Positions 61,915 to 64,000 of a stretch of 64,000 nucleotides of DNA are shown piece by piece; position 1 is the first letter of the stretch, and every line of letters begins with the position of its first letter. Location: contig OZ242260.1 of the NCBI GenBank assembly GCA_965207065.1, positions 4,224,001 through 4,288,000 of the forward strand, in the 5' to 3' direction. Source of the stretch: a bacterium (GTDB lineage: Bacteria; UBA8248). The notes beneath the pieces were generated by a model that ran no database searches, was not told the origin of the DNA, and saw only the letters and a list, made by a program, of their open reading frames with translations. Both the position numbers and the translations under genes were made by a program.

Positions 61915-62354
61915 GTCACCCCCGAATCATGGGAATGGACTTCGGCGAAAAACGGGTAGGCCTCGCCATCAGCGATTCGCTGGGTCTGACGTCCCAGCCT
62001 CTCGGCCTCATCGAAAGACAAAGCGACGCGCAACTGCTCGACGAGATTAGCAGCAGCATCCGTGAGCATGATGTTCATCTGCTGGTGGTCGGACACCCCA
62101 TCGGACTGTCGAACCGGGATACGGCAAGAGCGAAGCGCACCAGAAGGCTCATGAAATTTTTGCGAAGCAATTTAGATATCCCCGTCGAGAAATGGGATGA
62201 GCGCCTCAGCACGACGCAGGCGGACCGGGTTTTGAATGAAATGGAAACCAAGCCGAGCCGGAAGAAGAAAAAGCGCGACGTCATCGCGGCGCAACTCATC
62301 CTGCAAGCGTACCTGGATCATCAGAACATGAAGCGCTCGATTTCCCATGACTGA
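61911..62354 (+). CDS. ruvX: YqgF/RuvX RNase H-like nuclease
   Basis: GMDFGEKRVGLA, DERLST and D..AA..ILQ.YL motifs. Confidence 0.92.
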   Translation: MSHPRIMGMDFGEKRVGLAISDSLGLTSQPLGLIERQSDAQLLDEISSSIREHDVHLLVVGHPIGLSNRDTARAKRTRRLMKFLRSNLDIPVEKWDERLSTTQADRVLNEMETKPSRKKKKRDVIAAQLILQAYLDHQNMKRSISHD

Positions 62355-63414
62355 AAACGAAAACTCCGAAGCACAACCCGAAGCGCCGGCATCAACTCCA
62401 CCTAGAGGAAAGGGGCGGTTCTGGAAATTCTTCGTCGCACTCTGCTCGTCCATTATCCTGGTCGGATTTATCGGCTATCAATATCTCGAAAATGATTTCA
62501 ACCGACCCGCAAACACACAAGCGCAAGAAACGAAGAACATCCACGTCCGCCCGGGGATGTCCTTCTCCTCAATCTTAGAATTGCTGGAGAATAGCCGTTT
62601 AATACGAAACCCCGGCTTGTTCCACCTCCAGGCCAGGCTCAGGGGTGGCGCAAAAAGCATACAAGCCGGCGTCTATGAACTCAAAGCATCCATGACGCCG
62701 CGAGAGATATACCGGCATTTATCAGAGGGCAGAGTCGCCCGTCGCACGTTCACCGTTCCCGAGGGCTACAACATCCGGGAAATCGCCCGTACGATCCAGC
62801 GAGTCAATCTCGCCAGTGAGAAAGAAATTCTACGACTCTCCCGGGAACCATCTTTTCTTCGGGAAATGAACATTTCCGCACCTACCATAGAGGGATATCT
62901 ATTCCCCGATACGTATCATTTCCCGGTGGGTGTTAAGGCGAAAAAAATTCTGGGGTTCATGGTTCGCACGATGCGGAGAAAATTTTCGCCCGCTCTCAGA
63001 AAGCAAGCGAAAGCGATGGGATTCACCATCCACCAGACGCTCACCCTGGCCTCGATAATCGAAAAAGAAACTTCCCTGGGCAGGGAACGGCCACTCATCG
63101 CTGCCGTGTTCATCAATCGGCTCAAGCGAAGAATGCGCCTCCAGAGCGACCCCACCGTCATATACGGGCTCCCCCATTTCGACGGAAACATCACCAAGAA
63201 AGATCTGCGATACGATTCACCCTACAACACCTACCTCTACCGGGGCCTTCCCCCGGGGCCCATCGCCAGCCCGGGGCTGGAATCCATCAAATCGGCATTG
63301 AATCCCGCCAAGGTGAAATACCTGTATTTCGTGGCCACCAAGGACGGCGGCCATCAATTTTCCCGCACGTACCGCGAACACCGCCGCGCCGTGAATCGAT
63401 ATCAGCGAAAATAG
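62347..63414 (+). CDS. mltG: Endolytic transglycosylase MltG
   Basis: PEG, EGYLFPDTY, ASIIEKE, LQSDPT and SPYNTY..GLPPGPI motifs. Confidence 0.95.
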   Translation: MTENENSEAQPEAPASTPPRGKGRFWKFFVALCSSIILVGFIGYQYLENDFNRPANTQAQETKNIHVRPGMSFSSILELLENSRLIRNPGLFHLQARLRGGAKSIQAGVYELKASMTPREIYRHLSEGRVARRTFTVPEGYNIREIARTIQRVNLASEKEILRLSREPSFLREMNISAPTIEGYLFPDTYHFPVGVKAKKILGFMVRTMRRKFSPALRKQAKAMGFTIHQTLTLASIIEKETSLGRERPLIAAVFINRLKRRMRLQSDPTVIYGLPHFDGNITKKDLRYDSPYNTYLYRGLPPGPIASPGLESIKSALNPAKVKYLYFVATKDGGHQFSRTYREHRRAVNRYQRK

Positions 63415-63570
63415 AGACTGGTTGACCCTGTAATCGAGGTGGTGGCATGATTATCCGCCAGTTACCTGGCGCAAAAGGCTCAAAAGTTCCAAAGATATTT
63501 GAGCGTAGACTGCTGACTCTTATCCTCCTTTCGGCTCATCCAGCGAACGCCCGGACGAGGAACCGAACAC

Positions 63571-64000
63571 ATGGCGACCAAATTACTCCTCCTCGATGAA
63601 AGCCTCCTCGTGCAGCGCGTCGTGGAATTGGCCTTCAGGGACAAAGGGGTCGACGTCCATATAGCGGAGACTGCCGACGAAGCGTTTGAAATCGCGGATA
63701 ATGCGCCGCCGGACATCGTCGTCGCCAGCCTGGATATGGAGAATTCCGACGGCCTGGACTTTTGCCGCCGCCTGCGTGAACAGCCTGATTTATCCCAAGT
63801 GCCTCTCCTCGTTTTAACGAGCACGCGCCAGAGCGTCAGCGACGAGGAAATCCGGGAGGTGCATGCGATAGCAAACATCGAAAAACCGTTCAAACCGGTG
63901 GTGTTTACCGAGGAAGTCGAGCGTATCATCGCTCCTGCGCATAGCGAGTCAACTCAACAGCCTGAAGCGCAGGCGGAGCCCGATTCCCCGGAAAACGGGA
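63571..64000 (+). CDS. Receiver-domain protein, truncated by the window edge
   Basis: MATKLLLLDES...PDIVVASLDM...IEKPF, then Pro/acidic linker; no stop before 64000. Confidence 0.8.
   Translation, partial: MATKLLLLDESLLVQRVVELAFRDKGVDVHIAETADEAFEIADNAPPDIVVASLDMENSDGLDFCRRLREQPDLSQVPLLVLTSTRQSVSDEEIREVHAIANIEKPFKPVVFTEEVERIIAPAHSESTQQPEAQAEPDSPENG

Overview
GC-rich bacterial chromosomal window with about 55 CDS and one tRNA-Leu(CAG). It has no intact transposase, prophage or CRISPR array. The left half is mostly accessory catabolic and redox genes: TauE, amidohydrolase, two Mo-bis-PGD oxidoreductases (one in an FeS-NrfD/catalytic/TorD operon), cyclase, RraA, four-domain rhodanese, an AttH-ABC operon, 2-oxoacid:ferredoxin oxidoreductase and an M24 peptidase. 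The right half is mostly housekeeping: trmJ, queA, IHF/HU, rpoZ, a clpB-dnaK-cbpA-hspR-htpX-grpE-dnaJ heat-shock cluster, ribF, TolC, ruvX and mltG. Two signals are not explained by the ORF track. (1) A tail-to-tail pair of probable selenoprotein genes at 49.0-50.8 kb: a radical SAM enzyme ending C-U-A-E-P and an ArsC/Spx-like U-x-x-C protein, each with an in-frame TGA followed by a SECIS-like hairpin, next to an A-type Fe-S carrier. (2) Nested non-autonomous mobile elements in several intergenic regions, made of GGGGTTGTTGAAAAA-ended MITEs, C7TAC7-armed palindromes with exchangeable cores, and GTAG/CGTC REP pairs. Filled and empty sites are both visible in the window, and one insertion appears to have rewritten a gene end. 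All product calls come from motif recognition by eye; no database search was run.
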